Source: Patescibacteria group bacterium (GTDB lineage Bacteria; Patescibacteriota; Minisyncoccia; Phycocordibacterales; UBA9973). Taken from it: 64,000 nucleotides of DNA. The stretch spans positions 100,749 to 164,748 of the forward strand of contig JAZKIP010000008.1 in the NCBI GenBank assembly GCA_040384805.1, given 5' to 3'. Both the position numbers and the translations under genes were made by a program. The notes under the pieces were generated by a model, which ran no database searches, had not been told where the DNA came from, and saw nothing but the letters and a program-made list of their open reading frames with translations. Of the stretch, positions 1-10,252 are shown piece by piece (position 1 is the stretch's first letter; every line of letters starts with the position of its first letter).

Positions 1-477
1 AATGAGTCGGGCATCAGCGGGAATGCGATTGCCGTAGGAAAGCTTTATGATGTCTCCGGGGAAAAGCATTTCCGAATCAACTTCCTCTTCAAGACCTCCG
101 CGGATGACCCGAGACCGGTCTTTGATAAAGCTGCTTAATTTCTCAAGAGTGTTCTCGGCATGATATTCCCGATAGAATCCAAGTCCGACATTGACGAGCA
201 CCGCGAGGCTTATCACCCCTACCTCCACCCATTCGCCAAGGAGTCCGGTGATGACCGCTGCGCCTATGAGTATGAAGATAAGAGGACTTGTAAGCTGCTT
301 AAGAAAAATGACCAAAGCGCTTTTCTTTTCATATCTTTTAAATGCGTTCTTCCCGTACAAGGCAAGACGTTCTTCGATTTCGCCTTCCTGCAAGCCATCA
401 GGACTTGTCTTAAGCGCCGTAAAGATATCAGCAATATCGACAGACCATGGCTGCCGCAATAAATTATTATGTTCCAT
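1..477 (-). CDS. cation-transporting P-type ATPase, N-terminal part (CDS continues beyond window start)
   Basis: Manual minus-strand translation gives MEHNNLLRQPWSVDIADIFTALKTSPDGLQEGEIEERLALYGKNAF...VIRGG...PGDIIKLSYGNRIPADARL. This is the classic Cation_ATPase_N plus actuator-domain signature, and it lies immediately downstream of mgtC. Confidence 0.75.
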   Translation of the reverse strand, partial: MEHNNLLRQPWSVDIADIFTALKTSPDGLQEGEIEERLALYGKNAFKRYEKKSALVIFLKQLTSPLIFILIGAAVITGLLGEWVEVGVISLAVLVNVGLGFYREYHAENTLEKLSSFIKDRSRVIRGGLEEEVDSEMLFPGDIIKLSYGNRIPADARLI

Positions 478-513
478 GTCCTAACAATACCTTAAAAAGG
501 GATGAAGGGAAAG

Positions 514-948
514 TTATGCATCGAAAACATCGGTTTTCATTCTTTTCTTGACATGAGGAATGCGCGGAATGATGATCGCTGCCAATCCTGCGAAGCAAGC
601 GACAATATAAAAACCGTATCCGATCGCCATGCCGATGGCGCCTCCGAACCAGATGCTCGCGGCAGTCGTCAGATTCTTGACGTTTGCCCCTTCTTTGAGG
701 ATAAGGCCTGCTCCCAGGAATCCGATACCCGAGACGATCTGAGCTGCGATGCGCGATCTTGAGGCAGGGTCAACCATGCCGGAGAGAAATGTAAAAAGCA
801 TTGCTCCGCCGATGACGAAGATGTGCGTGCTGATGCCCGCGTCCTTTCCCCGGCTTTCACGCTCGGCTCCGATAAGATACCCAAGTAGCGTCGCAAGCGC
901 CATCTTGATGATGAACTCAACTTCTATGTTTGTAAAAAGCATTTCCAT
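514..948 (-). CDS. mgtC: MgtC/SapB family membrane protein
   Basis: N-terminal LLGYLIGAERE motif and several TM helices. Confidence 0.8.
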   Translation of the reverse strand: MEMLFTNIEVEFIIKMALATLLGYLIGAERESRGKDAGISTHIFVIGGAMLFTFLSGMVDPASRSRIAAQIVSGIGFLGAGLILKEGANVKNLTTAASIWFGGAIGMAIGYGFYIVACFAGLAAIIIPRIPHVKKRMKTDVFDA

Positions 949-966
949 AAGGATTATATGAGAATC

Positions 967-2043
967 TTAATAGGGATAAACAAGGGCAAGGGAGGCGCGC
1001 GATCGCGGACCAAGAACTCCGTCGGAACTTAAGCCGGATGCCTTTTGGTATTCGATGAGAGCATTTGTGGTAAAGCCTCCGAACACGCCGTCCACTCCAT
1101 CTTGCGCAAGTGCCCGTGCAAGCGGACCCTTGTTAGCTTTGATAAGCGCCTCTTGGAGCCATCGTACATCATCGCCACGGCTTCCGGAGCGCAATGTTCG
1201 AAGAGATGAGACGGATGCTGCTGTCGGTGTTTGTTCGGAAAGAATGCGGGCAACCACAACCGGCACGGCTGTCACCCCGTTTGCCGGACCTGCCATAAAG
1301 ACACTTCGATAGAGAGTGACATTCGTTCGGGCCAATTCTTCGGCATTGCCGGAGACCTGATTGATGATCTTCGTAAAGGCATCGACTTTTTCCTTTATGG
1401 AAAATTCAAGCGTCAGTCGAGGAAAAGGATTGGTCGTATTATTTCCTTCCTGATCGCCATATCGTCCCTGATAGATACCGAAATGAAGATGTGTCGGACC
1501 GCCTGCGGCATTGCCTGTATTGCCGACATAGCCGATAAGATCTCCCGGTTCGAGCACCTGTCCTTCTTTCAGATTCTCCGCGAATTTGTCCAAGTGAGCG
1601 AAATAAAATCTCTCTCCTCCGGGATTGGCCGTAAAGACATAATTGCCGCCGTTTCCTCCGCTTGAAATAGTCGTGACGATCGCTTTCGTCGGGGACACAA
1701 CCAATGATCCCTTGGGAGCCATAATATCGATCCCCTCGTGAGTACGTCCGTCGGAGCGTGCATCTCCCCATGTATCTTCAAGATTCGAAAGTGCCACTCC
1801 GAAAAGGATCGGGATCTTCAGATTAACGACAGTGCTTTCGCTTTGGAGAGCATTGATCTGGCTATAGACAGGATTGCTTGATTGATACCGCGTGCTTTCT
1901 CTTTCTTGATAGCGCGTATTATAGGTGCGCCACGAATCTCCGCGAGCGGCATGCGCCACAGAGGCGAATGAAGCAGATCCAATAATAATAGAGAAGACAA
2001 AAAAGATAGAAACTGACTTTCTGAAAAATGTGATTTTATTCAT
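967..2043 (-). CDS. M23 family metallopeptidase with C-terminal peptidoglycan-binding domain
   Basis: M23 motifs HEGIDI...HLHFGIY and a C-terminal PG_binding_1-like segment (VRWLQEAL...DGVFGGFTTNALIEYQ). Signal peptide MNKITFF... starts at the second in-frame Met. Confidence 0.85.
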   Translation of the reverse strand: MNKITFFRKSVSIFFVFSIIIGSASFASVAHAARGDSWRTYNTRYQERESTRYQSSNPVYSQINALQSESTVVNLKIPILFGVALSNLEDTWGDARSDGRTHEGIDIMAPKGSLVVSPTKAIVTTISSGGNGGNYVFTANPGGERFYFAHLDKFAENLKEGQVLEPGDLIGYVGNTGNAAGGPTHLHFGIYQGRYGDQEGNNTTNPFPRLTLEFSIKEKVDAFTKIINQVSGNAEELARTNVTLYRSVFMAGPANGVTAVPVVVARILSEQTPTAASVSSLRTLRSGSRGDDVRWLQEALIKANKGPLARALAQDGVDGVFGGFTTNALIEYQKASGLSSDGVLGPRSRASLALVYPY

Positions 2044-2094
2044 ACTAACAGTATACCTTTTCTTAAAAAAGGATGGAATGGGCAAAGAAGAATG

Positions 2095-2832
2095 CTACTT
2101 CAGATACGCGCTTTTGACATAAGGAGCGAGTTCAGCGCGCGATATCGGAAAATCAACCGCGCCAAGTGCTCCCGGACCGATGGCGTATTTGCTGAAATAA
2201 ATTGTCAGACTTTCACCGTCGAGAGACCAGTTATCAAGGAGATCAAGAGTGATCGCATTAACATCTTCGGGAAATACCGGTTGCTCTTCCATTCCCTCGG
2301 GCCGCCATGCCAAGAGTTTCCCTTTGACGAATGATACGAATGAACTCTCTTTTCCGTCTATGAGAATATCTGTGAGAGAAATAATTTTTCCGCTTTTACG
2401 AGAAGATGTGAATACCTTATAAATACTATTGCCGTTCGCTCCGCCCGTATAGGCATATTCGTCGATGACAAGCGACTCCGTTGTCGTGCTTTCTCTATAG
2501 GTGGCATTCATATCGATCGTATAGTGCGAAGGAGGGCTGTCGGGGCCAAATTGCTCTCTCATAAGAGGAACATCTTCATTTGCCGTATCGGCGAATTCTG
2601 AAATGGTATCTGTGATATATTTCCGGGCCGTATCTGCAAGCGCTCCTGTGCCCGTGACAACAGGGTAGCTTCCTGAATAGTTCTTTTCCTTGATTTCCTT
2701 CACCTCTATAGATATAGGAACAGACTGGTCGCCCGTTTCAACGGGGGTCATCTTTTCCTGCCGATTCTTATATGCGAAAACAATTGATGCAACAATTATT
2801 ATTATTCCTACGAGTAAGATGATCTTTTTCAT
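2095..2832 (-). CDS. membrane-anchored secreted protein, DUF3298/DUF4163-like
   Basis: N-terminal TM anchor, and the C-terminal region resembles the RsiV/PdaC-type DUF3298 domain. Confidence 0.4.
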   Translation of the reverse strand: MKKIILLVGIIIIVASIVFAYKNRQEKMTPVETGDQSVPISIEVKEIKEKNYSGSYPVVTGTGALADTARKYITDTISEFADTANEDVPLMREQFGPDSPPSHYTIDMNATYRESTTTESLVIDEYAYTGGANGNSIYKVFTSSRKSGKIISLTDILIDGKESSFVSFVKGKLLAWRPEGMEEQPVFPEDVNAITLDLLDNWSLDGESLTIYFSKYAIGPGALGAVDFPISRAELAPYVKSAYLK

Positions 2833-2872
2833 ATATTTATTTTAGCATATAAAGATCTTATTATCATTAAAA

Positions 2873-3193
2873 TTGACTTTTACGGTAAAAAGTGATTTGA
2901 TTGAGAAAACAAAACTTTATACGATGGGAAAAATACCTGTTACAGTAGTCGCATTTGGTCAAAGATATTTTTTTGAATCATTGGGTATGGATTTTGAGAT
3001 AGAAATTACAAAACTTCCTGATGACGCTGAAGGCAAAGCCCAAGCGAAGTATGTCGGCCTTCACAACAAGGAAGGCAACCATTGTCATTACGCTTTATCT
3101 CTTATGCCAGCAATCCAACAGATGGTCGATCGACAAGACACGATTGATCTGGAAACGGAATGTTTGCCGAGATTATGGCAGTATGCACTATGA
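2873..3193 (+). CDS. hypothetical protein
   Basis: Only plus-strand ORF in a minus-strand block; a hairpin terminator follows it. Confidence 0.3.
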   Translation: MTFTVKSDLIEKTKLYTMGKIPVTVVAFGQRYFFESLGMDFEIEITKLPDDAEGKAQAKYVGLHNKEGNHCHYALSLMPAIQQMVDRQDTIDLETECLPRLWQYAL

Positions 3194-3213
3194 AATGAAT
3201 TAATTATGCGAAA

Positions 3214-3245
3214 GCCCCGAAAAATTCGGGGCTTTCTTATTTTAA
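3214..3245 (+). terminator. rho-independent terminator hairpin
   Basis: gccccgaa-aaa-ttcggggc stem followed by tttcttatttt. Confidence 0.6.
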
Positions 3246-3267
3246 AGCTTTAAATTTATATTTCAAC

Positions 3268-4128
3268 CTATTTGGTGAACATAATAGAGCCTGAATCCAT
3301 TGGAAGAAGGAGGACTAAATTGCCGGAAGCATCCACCATATAATGGTTCGCCTGAGCAATTTCGCCTGTGAATACCGATTCCTGTGAGCCCTCGCAGAAC
3401 ATCTTCGTAGATCCGATATTCTCGAACTTTATAACTCCGTCGGTTCCAATCGCATATGATGCGAAGAAGCTATTACAATCCGTCTTTCCTGTCGCCTTGC
3501 CGTCCGCACCGAGCGTGAGCGTAAATGCGCCTGCTTTTTTGGGAGTAATGACCGTATCATTGTTCATGACTGTCTTCTGCCATATCCAAGTTTTCCCCTG
3601 AATTGCCGAAGCGCTTGCTACTGGCGCGCTTCCTGCTGGAAGCTTACCTTGGACAACGGCTGCACTTGTACAATCCGGAGTTGCTTTGAAGACAGCATTG
3701 CTTTCGTATATAACTGTATTGATATCCGTGAAGCGCGTTCCTGTCGCATCAAGATCGCCGTATCCGCGGATAAAGCCTTCGCCTGTTTTCTTAAATATGA
3801 CTTGCATCACAGAGTCCATCCCTTCTGACTGGAATGAATAATCTCCGAGAAGTATGCCATTGCTATATGTACCCGTGTATGTTCCGCTTGAACTGTCCTT
3901 TTCGAAGTTCTTGAAGCGAAGCGTACCTTTGAATGACTGCCCTTCCTGAGAAAGAATGTTGAGCGTATAGACGTCTTTCGCGAGAGTAGCTACGTAGCAT
4001 CCTTGGATTGAATCTTCCTGTGTCACAATCGGCTCGTTTGAGGGAACATCCTTTGTCTTGTAATGAATAACTGCACCTATGATTATTATAATGATTACTG
4101 CAATGATTATTTTTGAACTGTTTGTCAT
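3268..4128 (-). CDS. META domain (HslJ-like) membrane-anchored protein
   Basis: N-terminal TM, and a C-terminal segment with the META-type pattern (LTLGADGKATGKTDCNSFFASY...TKMFC). Confidence 0.55.
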   Translation of the reverse strand: MTNSSKIIIAVIIIIIIGAVIHYKTKDVPSNEPIVTQEDSIQGCYVATLAKDVYTLNILSQEGQSFKGTLRFKNFEKDSSSGTYTGTYSNGILLGDYSFQSEGMDSVMQVIFKKTGEGFIRGYGDLDATGTRFTDINTVIYESNAVFKATPDCTSAAVVQGKLPAGSAPVASASAIQGKTWIWQKTVMNNDTVITPKKAGAFTLTLGADGKATGKTDCNSFFASYAIGTDGVIKFENIGSTKMFCEGSQESVFTGEIAQANHYMVDASGNLVLLLPMDSGSIMFTK

Positions 4129-4175
4129 ACGTACATTATATCACAGCGGCAACATGATGGGCGTAATATGCTCTA

Positions 4176-4649
4176 TTACCCTTCATCTTCATCAAACCTC
4201 TCATGATTAATTCTTGAAGCCTCCAATTCCCTTACATCGCCTGCAACTTCTTCCCATTTGCTATCCATTGGAACAAAGAGCTTTTTCAGAAGTTCTCTGT
4301 TGGAAATATTTACGTAGTATTTGGGTTCGAAAGATTGTTTCTCGCTATTGCTTTCTATTTTCTGTATATCTTCGCCCCATGCGTTCCCTTCAATAAGAAC
4401 TTTAACACGATGGAGGATAGCGGAAGATGACAAAGAAAGAGAACCGAATGAGGAATTATACCCCTCTATCAGTGAGCTTAATTTTGCGTATTTAACTGTT
4501 TGCCCGTTTATATCCTCTTCCACTGACGTTTCCATGTCTTTAAGAGAAGAAAGAAACTCATTGAATTTTTCTTCATACGGGTACCGTTCGAATCCGTCCG
4601 TAGATGCAGGGTCCGGCTTTATAATTCTTTCCCAATTTTCTTTGTACAT
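4176..4649 (-). CDS. hypothetical protein
   Basis: ORF with no recognisable motif. Confidence 0.4.
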   Translation of the reverse strand: MYKENWERIIKPDPASTDGFERYPYEEKFNEFLSSLKDMETSVEEDINGQTVKYAKLSSLIEGYNSSFGSLSLSSSAILHRVKVLIEGNAWGEDIQKIESNSEKQSFEPKYYVNISNRELLKKLFVPMDSKWEEVAGDVRELEASRINHERFDEDEG

Positions 4650-4656
4650 TTTTAAA

Positions 4657-5193
4657 TTATATCATATCTAAGTTCTTCACAACCCTTTCCAGCAAATATG
4701 GAAATTCCTTTGCGTTGAAATGCTTTTCGATATCAATTGTCTGCATTTCCACGCCTAATCCACGGGCAACTTTATCCACATCTTCAAGCGGAACATGAGG
4801 ATCATTCGCGGAAGCAAGAATTTCGAAACGCGGGCAATGTTTCTTTATAGTATCCCAATCAAAATCATCGCTGAAGAAAAAGGATTCTTCCAAGACTTTC
4901 CACCCAAGATCGTGAAGAAAAGGAGCACAGAGATATACCCGTTTGGCATGATGTCCTCGTTCAAGCATCCGCAATATCAATACAGCTCCAAGGCTATGCC
5001 CGATCAATATTGTATCGGGCCCTGTTTTGAAAGACGATACATCTGCAAGCCATGTATTTAAGTCAGGATAATCAGGATTGGACAACTGGGGAACGGTCGT
5101 TTCGACTCCCCTTTTCTCAAGTTCTGCCGCAAGCCATGGGAACCAATTTTCTTGGGGATTCCCTTCTGTACCATGGAAAATATATGCATTCAT
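4657..5193 (-). CDS. alpha/beta hydrolase, RBBP9/YdeN-like serine hydrolase
   Basis: IFHGTEGNPQENWFPWL plus the GHSLGA nucleophile elbow. Confidence 0.65.
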   Translation of the reverse strand: MNAYIFHGTEGNPQENWFPWLAAELEKRGVETTVPQLSNPDYPDLNTWLADVSSFKTGPDTILIGHSLGAVLILRMLERGHHAKRVYLCAPFLHDLGWKVLEESFFFSDDFDWDTIKKHCPRFEILASANDPHVPLEDVDKVARGLGVEMQTIDIEKHFNAKEFPYLLERVVKNLDMI

Positions 5194-5199
5194 AATTAA

Positions 5200-5994
5200 T
5201 TACGATACGCGCTTGCGGAACAAATATCCCGATACAGGAATGGCGATGATGATAATGACTATGCACCATACGGCCGCGATCCATGCATGATCGCCTACGG
5301 GCGTACCTACCATATAACCGCGCATCGCTTCGATCACATGAGTTACCGGCTGATTTTCAGCGAAGATCCGGAGACCTTTCGGCATGCCGTCGGTCGGAAC
5401 GAATGCGCTTGAGGCGAACGTAAGCGGAAAAACGAACATAAAGCCCATCCACTGGACCGCTTCGACGGATTTGGCAATGAGGCCGAGAATTGCCGAGAGC
5501 CATGAGAATGCAAGGGTAAAAAGGAGAAGCATCCCGAGAGCCATAAGCCATTCGGTGAATGTGGCCGTCGGTCGGAAACCGACAAGGAGACCGACCAAGA
5601 TCATGACGACCGAGGAAATAGTATTGCGCGCAAGATCCGCAACCACGTGACCGACCAGAACGGTCGAGCTTGCCATAGGCAACGACTTGAAACGGTCGAT
5701 GATTCCCCGCTTAAGATCCGCCGCTACGTTGATCGAGGTTGTTGTCGCGCCGAACGCCGCCATCTGAATGAGGATTCCAGCAACGAGGAAATTAACATAC
5801 GTCGTTCCTTCGGTATGAATAGCCCCGCCGAATACATATCGGAAAAGAAGCAGGAACATAATAGGCTGAAGAGCAAGCGACATCAACTGGTCGAGATTCT
5901 TGAAGATATGCGTGAGACTCCGCTTGATAAGAACGATACAATCGCTCACTACCCAATACAGCGACGAATGTTTTTTTGAAGAAGAATTATTCAT
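5200..5994 (-). CDS. ABC-2 type transporter permease
   Basis: Six-TM ABC-2 pattern; its start overlaps the upstream ATPase gene. Confidence 0.8.
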   Translation of the reverse strand: MNNSSSKKHSSLYWVVSDCIVLIKRSLTHIFKNLDQLMSLALQPIMFLLLFRYVFGGAIHTEGTTYVNFLVAGILIQMAAFGATTTSINVAADLKRGIIDRFKSLPMASSTVLVGHVVADLARNTISSVVMILVGLLVGFRPTATFTEWLMALGMLLLFTLAFSWLSAILGLIAKSVEAVQWMGFMFVFPLTFASSAFVPTDGMPKGLRIFAENQPVTHVIEAMRGYMVGTPVGDHAWIAAVWCIVIIIIAIPVSGYLFRKRVS

Positions 5995-6952
5995 TGTTTT
6001 TTATGTTAGTGCCTGTGTCAGTTTCATGACCGGTGAGATTGAGAAATACATCGTCAAGAGTCGGCTTATGGAGAGACATGCTTTCGATATCGATCCCCGC
6101 CGCTTCCATCGCATTGAGAATCTGCGTGACTTCTTTCACTCCTTTTTCGATCGGCACGATGATACTCTGATCAGCCGCGCGTACAGTCACAGACTTGCCG
6201 GCAAAGAGACGCTCGGCAGCCGGAAGATCGCTCTCTTGTGAGAGTATCAATTCAAGGCGATTCTTGCCGACCTTATTTTTCAGTTCATCGGCTGTTCCCT
6301 CGGCGATCACTTTTCCGTGATCGATGACAGCAATACGGTCTGCAAGCTTATCCGCTTCTTCGAGGTATTGGGTTGTCAGAAGAATCGTCGCTCCCTCTTT
6401 TTTAAGATCCTCTATGATCTCCCACATTGACATGCGGCTTCGCGGATCAAGCCCTGTCGTCGGCTCATCAAGAAATATGATCGGAGGAGTCGCCACGAGG
6501 CTCGCTGCAAGATCAAGCCGCCTGCGCATTCCTCCGGAATATGTCTTCGCCGCGCGGCCGGAAGCCTCGACGAGATCAAAACGCACCAGGAGTTCCTTTG
6601 CTCTTTCTTTGCTTTCCGCTTTGCTTAAATGATACAGGCGGCCCATCATTTCCAGATTCTCGCGGCCGGTAAGATATTCGTCGATCGCTGCGTATTGGCC
6701 GGTGAGTCCGATGATCGTGCGCACATCGTCCGCTTCTTTGACCACATCGAAGCCGTTGACTCGCACATCGCCACTATCGGGCTTCAAGAGAGTGCTTAAT
6801 ATCTTAACTGTCGTTGTTTTCCCTGCGCCATTGGGACCGAGTAGCGCAAGCATCGTGCCACGCTTGATGGAAAGATTGATGCCTTCGAGAACTTTTACAT
6901 CCTTGAAGGATTTCGTCAGATTAGTAATACTGATAGCGATATCGTCATTCAT
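5987..6952 (-). CDS. ABC transporter ATP-binding protein (DrrA-like)
   Basis: Walker A GPNGAGKTT, signature LSGGMRRRL, and Walker B IIFLDEPT. Confidence 0.9.
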   Translation of the reverse strand: MNDDIAISITNLTKSFKDVKVLEGINLSIKRGTMLALLGPNGAGKTTTVKILSTLLKPDSGDVRVNGFDVVKEADDVRTIIGLTGQYAAIDEYLTGRENLEMMGRLYHLSKAESKERAKELLVRFDLVEASGRAAKTYSGGMRRRLDLAASLVATPPIIFLDEPTTGLDPRSRMSMWEIIEDLKKEGATILLTTQYLEEADKLADRIAVIDHGKVIAEGTADELKNKVGKNRLELILSQESDLPAAERLFAGKSVTVRAADQSIIVPIEKGVKEVTQILNAMEAAGIDIESMSLHKPTLDDVFLNLTGHETDTGTNIKNNE

Positions 6953-7084
6953 ATGGAATCATTGTACCTCATAAAGTGTCATATGTTAAAAGAAGAAATA
7001 CTAACATATCCACAAAGCATTCGTCTTACGCATATCAATTATAAGGAATTGCATCTTGCTCAAGAATCGCGCCGTAATTTAAAA

Positions 7085-7115
7085 GATCCTCCTTGATTTA
7101 TTTCAAGGAGGATCT
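7085..7115 (-). terminator. perfect 13-bp stem hairpin, likely terminator of gene 7124..7693
   Basis: agatcctccttga / tcaaggaggatct inverted repeat with a tttat loop, read directly from the sequence. Confidence 0.5.
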
Positions 7116-7123
7116 CAAATGAT

Positions 7124-7693
7124 TTACGCTTCAACCAACGTTGTAACAGGTTTTCCATTGATGGCCAGAGGAACTGATGCAGAATCATACCATTGATAGG
7201 AGGTAATCCATTCATATCTGCTTGAGGAAGAATGGAGCTCCTGAGCCTTTTTCTTGAGATCGGCAAAATAATGGATCAGCATATTGTCCCAGGAAAGGGG
7301 AACCGACTGTATCAAATTTTCTACCCTCGTTTCCAAATGATAGACGATACCTTCATGACCTTCATGGTTTCCTTCTTCAATACGATGGAGCGGGTAACAG
7401 ATCGTTCTGATCATGCCGAAGGCAGGAAGATAGTCCACCTGTGTATTATCTGGAAGTTTTTCCGGGCAAGAAAGGAGTAAGAAGACCACCACCTCGTTTC
7501 GACGAGGGCGATAATCAATAAGCATAACCGCAGGCCGTTTCCCCTCCTTGCCTTTAGGCAGATGGGCAAACGTGACTGTTATCCCGAGATAATGATTGTA
7601 GGAAAGTGTGCCAGTCTTGATGTCGGTTATCCCCTTTTCTTTGAGATACTCTTCAAAAAGAACGTAGGGCAGATCGTATAAGGTTTTTTGCAT
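7124..7693 (-). CDS. hypothetical protein
   Basis: ORF only. Confidence 0.4.
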   Translation of the reverse strand: MQKTLYDLPYVLFEEYLKEKGITDIKTGTLSYNHYLGITVTFAHLPKGKEGKRPAVMLIDYRPRRNEVVVFLLLSCPEKLPDNTQVDYLPAFGMIRTICYPLHRIEEGNHEGHEGIVYHLETRVENLIQSVPLSWDNMLIHYFADLKKKAQELHSSSSRYEWITSYQWYDSASVPLAINGKPVTTLVEA

Positions 7694-7835
7694 AACAAAA
7701 TGTTTTAGTTCATATAAACAGTACTACACTTAAGAGTCCGTGTCAAAAAGGGATTTTGAAGCTCCGAGGAGTTTCTTTGGAAAAAGAAATCCGTGGAACT
7801 ATGTTCCACGGATGTGAGAGAAACGAGACCAAAGA

Positions 7836-8567
7836 TCATTGCCACACGACTTCCCGGATACCGCATATGGCCCAGGAATTGGCAGGTTTGTCCAGAGAGA
7901 TGATAACTTTGCCTGCGCCTGACATAAGAACAGGGAGATGGATCATGCCGGCTTTTTCATCGAGAAACATCCCAGATGAATTGTGAACATTACCCCAAAA
8001 GCGGACACAGGGCACATAACCCAAAGAATGGCGGGATCCTGAACATAAGGTGACAGTCTGCAAATCAGGATGCACGCCTGTCTCTTTATAGAAAACTGCT
8101 TCGTAGAGAAGGCGCTCACAGAGCGTCATCCCTGTTAGTCGGGCCGAATCTACCGATGCCGCCGGCCATCCCATGTACTCTGGATCGGGACTGTCGAGCA
8201 CCCATAGTGCATACGGACGCGGGATAGCACGGATATCGTACACGACGGTATCCAAGTCGCCATCAATGACATTTTTAACTTGAAAGATATCACTCAAGGC
8301 TCGCGTCGCTTTCTTAAGCGTCAATCCCTTGCCGACGATCAGCAGCCTCCAATTTCCGGAAGGACGGGCAGGAATAACAACGCTACTGAAATCCTCTGTC
8401 AAGGAAAAGCAGTAAGAGTAAAACTTTTCCCACGATGTCCGAGAGTAAGATTGACCCCCCTCCCCCTTTAATGCAAAACTCCATTCCCCTAAAGCTGATA
8501 ACGGAATGGTGTCTCCGGGAGCCGGCATACAGAGAGCCCAGATGCCAAGGCTTAAAAGCATATTCAT
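7836..8567 (-). CDS. hypothetical protein (GC-richer than its neighbours)
   Basis: ORF only. Confidence 0.4.
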   Translation of the reverse strand: MNMLLSLGIWALCMPAPGDTIPLSALGEWSFALKGEGGQSYSRTSWEKFYSYCFSLTEDFSSVVIPARPSGNWRLLIVGKGLTLKKATRALSDIFQVKNVIDGDLDTVVYDIRAIPRPYALWVLDSPDPEYMGWPAASVDSARLTGMTLCERLLYEAVFYKETGVHPDLQTVTLCSGSRHSLGYVPCVRFWGNVHNSSGMFLDEKAGMIHLPVLMSGAGKVIISLDKPANSWAICGIREVVWQ

Positions 8568-8671
8568 AATTCATCCTCCTTTTGTTTTATATGAAAAGAA
8601 AATAATATCTATCCATAGATTAGATTATATCTATGCTTTGTCAAGTTTCGTGCAAAAAAAAGATCAGAGGA

Positions 8672-9442
8672 TTACTTCGCGCGATACCAGTCCGCCACGA
8701 TAACTTCGATGGAAGGATCTCCAGTATTCACAAGTTCCTTGAATCGATTCATATCGGCCAATCCATCCTGCTGTCGGAAGTGGTATGGATAGACAATTTT
8801 GGGCTTGAACTCAAGAACGGCATCGGCAGCTTCGTCGACGCTCATGGTATAGGGAAGATTCATCGGGACAAATGCGATATCGATATTTTTCAATGCGCGC
8901 ATTTCGGACGTTCCGGCAGTGTCTCCTGCTATATAAACCCGGAAGTTGTCTTTTTCTATGATATAGCCGTTGCCGCGGCCGGGAGTGTGATAGTTTGCAT
9001 TCTCCGCTTCGGGAAGATTGTACATAGGGACTGCGGTAATCGTAAATCCCTGTTCTTGCATAGTCTCTCCGTTTTTCATAACTCTTGTACGAGACACAAG
9101 TTCCTGGGGCAACTGGTCTATAACCCCTTGCGGAGCGATAATGACGGCATCGCCCGCCAAACCCTCAAGCGTCGATGCGGAAAAATGATCCTGATGAATG
9201 TCAGTGACAAAAACAACATTTGCGGTTGGTTTCCCTGCAAAAAGAGAAGAAACGCCGACCGGGTCCATATAGATAGTTTTATCTCCCCAGACAAGAATGC
9301 CGCTCGCGTGTTCGACAGGAATAACTTCAACAGGATTATCCGTTATGTGTGTCTTTGTATCCATAGAATTATTACGGTCGAAAATAATAAATCCAGCTAC
9401 TGCTAACATGAGGATTAAAACAATAATTGTTGGTGTTTTCAT
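8672..9442 (-). CDS. MBL-fold metallo-hydrolase
   Basis: HxHxDH motif (TDIHQDHF) and an N-terminal TM/signal. Confidence 0.75.
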   Translation of the reverse strand: MKTPTIIVLILMLAVAGFIIFDRNNSMDTKTHITDNPVEVIPVEHASGILVWGDKTIYMDPVGVSSLFAGKPTANVVFVTDIHQDHFSASTLEGLAGDAVIIAPQGVIDQLPQELVSRTRVMKNGETMQEQGFTITAVPMYNLPEAENANYHTPGRGNGYIIEKDNFRVYIAGDTAGTSEMRALKNIDIAFVPMNLPYTMSVDEAADAVLEFKPKIVYPYHFRQQDGLADMNRFKELVNTGDPSIEVIVADWYRAK

Positions 9443-9510
9443 CCTTTTATTGTAACTCTCACGTGCAATTTTTGGCAAGAGTACAAGCGAACATCCTCAG
9501 TTCGGAAAAT

Positions 9511-10188
9511 TTAACTTTCAAGAACTCTCAAGAGTCTTCCGCCGATCTTCTGTGGCGACAGAAGATCGACATGCGTAAACCCGGACAATTCTATTAACTC
9601 TCCTTTATAGTCCTGCCGCGCATAATGCGGATTCACCAACTCATCGTCAAGAGAATAGAAACCGATGAATTTCGTTGTCGCAGGATCAGGTTGTACGATC
9701 GGTTTCCATTCTCTGTAGCCGAGAAAAACCAATCGAAACCATACATCTATATACCATTGCACGTGATATGGTTTCAGTTTTACTTTTGGTTTTAGGGATG
9801 AAAGCGGACTGCCTGCGGTGATCACTTCGCAGACTATATCTGGATAAAGCTTTTTAATTTCGTGAGCTGTTATGCAGGCGACCCGGCCTCCGAAACTGTG
9901 GCCGAAGAATGTGACTTTCGTGATCTTTCCTTTCTGTAATAACTTTTCATCCACATATCCGATGACCCCCGCAACGGTCGTATTGAGAGTCAATAGATTC
10001 AATCCCTCCGGTACGGCAGTAGCGGCATAGCCATTCCTTCGCAAGAATCTCACAAGCGGATATAAAAACCGCGGATATCCTCCGAGTCCGGCTAAGAGTA
10101 TTACTTGCTCTTGCACCTCGGTATCAAACGCGCATTCACTTCTTTTTTTTATCAGCCAGCGCTCGAGTTTATAAATTATTTTTCGCAT
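9511..10188 (-). CDS. alpha/beta hydrolase (lipase/esterase-like)
   Basis: GHSFGG nucleophile elbow. Confidence 0.6.
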   Translation of the reverse strand: MRKIIYKLERWLIKKRSECAFDTEVQEQVILLAGLGGYPRFLYPLVRFLRRNGYAATAVPEGLNLLTLNTTVAGVIGYVDEKLLQKGKITKVTFFGHSFGGRVACITAHEIKKLYPDIVCEVITAGSPLSSLKPKVKLKPYHVQWYIDVWFRLVFLGYREWKPIVQPDPATTKFIGFYSLDDELVNPHYARQDYKGELIELSGFTHVDLLSPQKIGGRLLRVLES

Positions 10189-10252
10189 AAAAGGATATGA
10201 ACTAAATACTCTTTGAAAAGGAAGCGTATATTTTTTACTATTTTATGTAGCA

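Noticed and set aside
160-484. Plus-strand ORFs 160..462 and 191..484
   Set aside because: They are antisense to the P-type ATPase reading frame, which has a clear conserved signature.
8633-9406. 257-aa plus-strand ORF
   Set aside because: It lies fully antisense to the MBL-fold hydrolase gene, which has the HxHxDH motif. It is a Cys/Arg-rich composition artefact.
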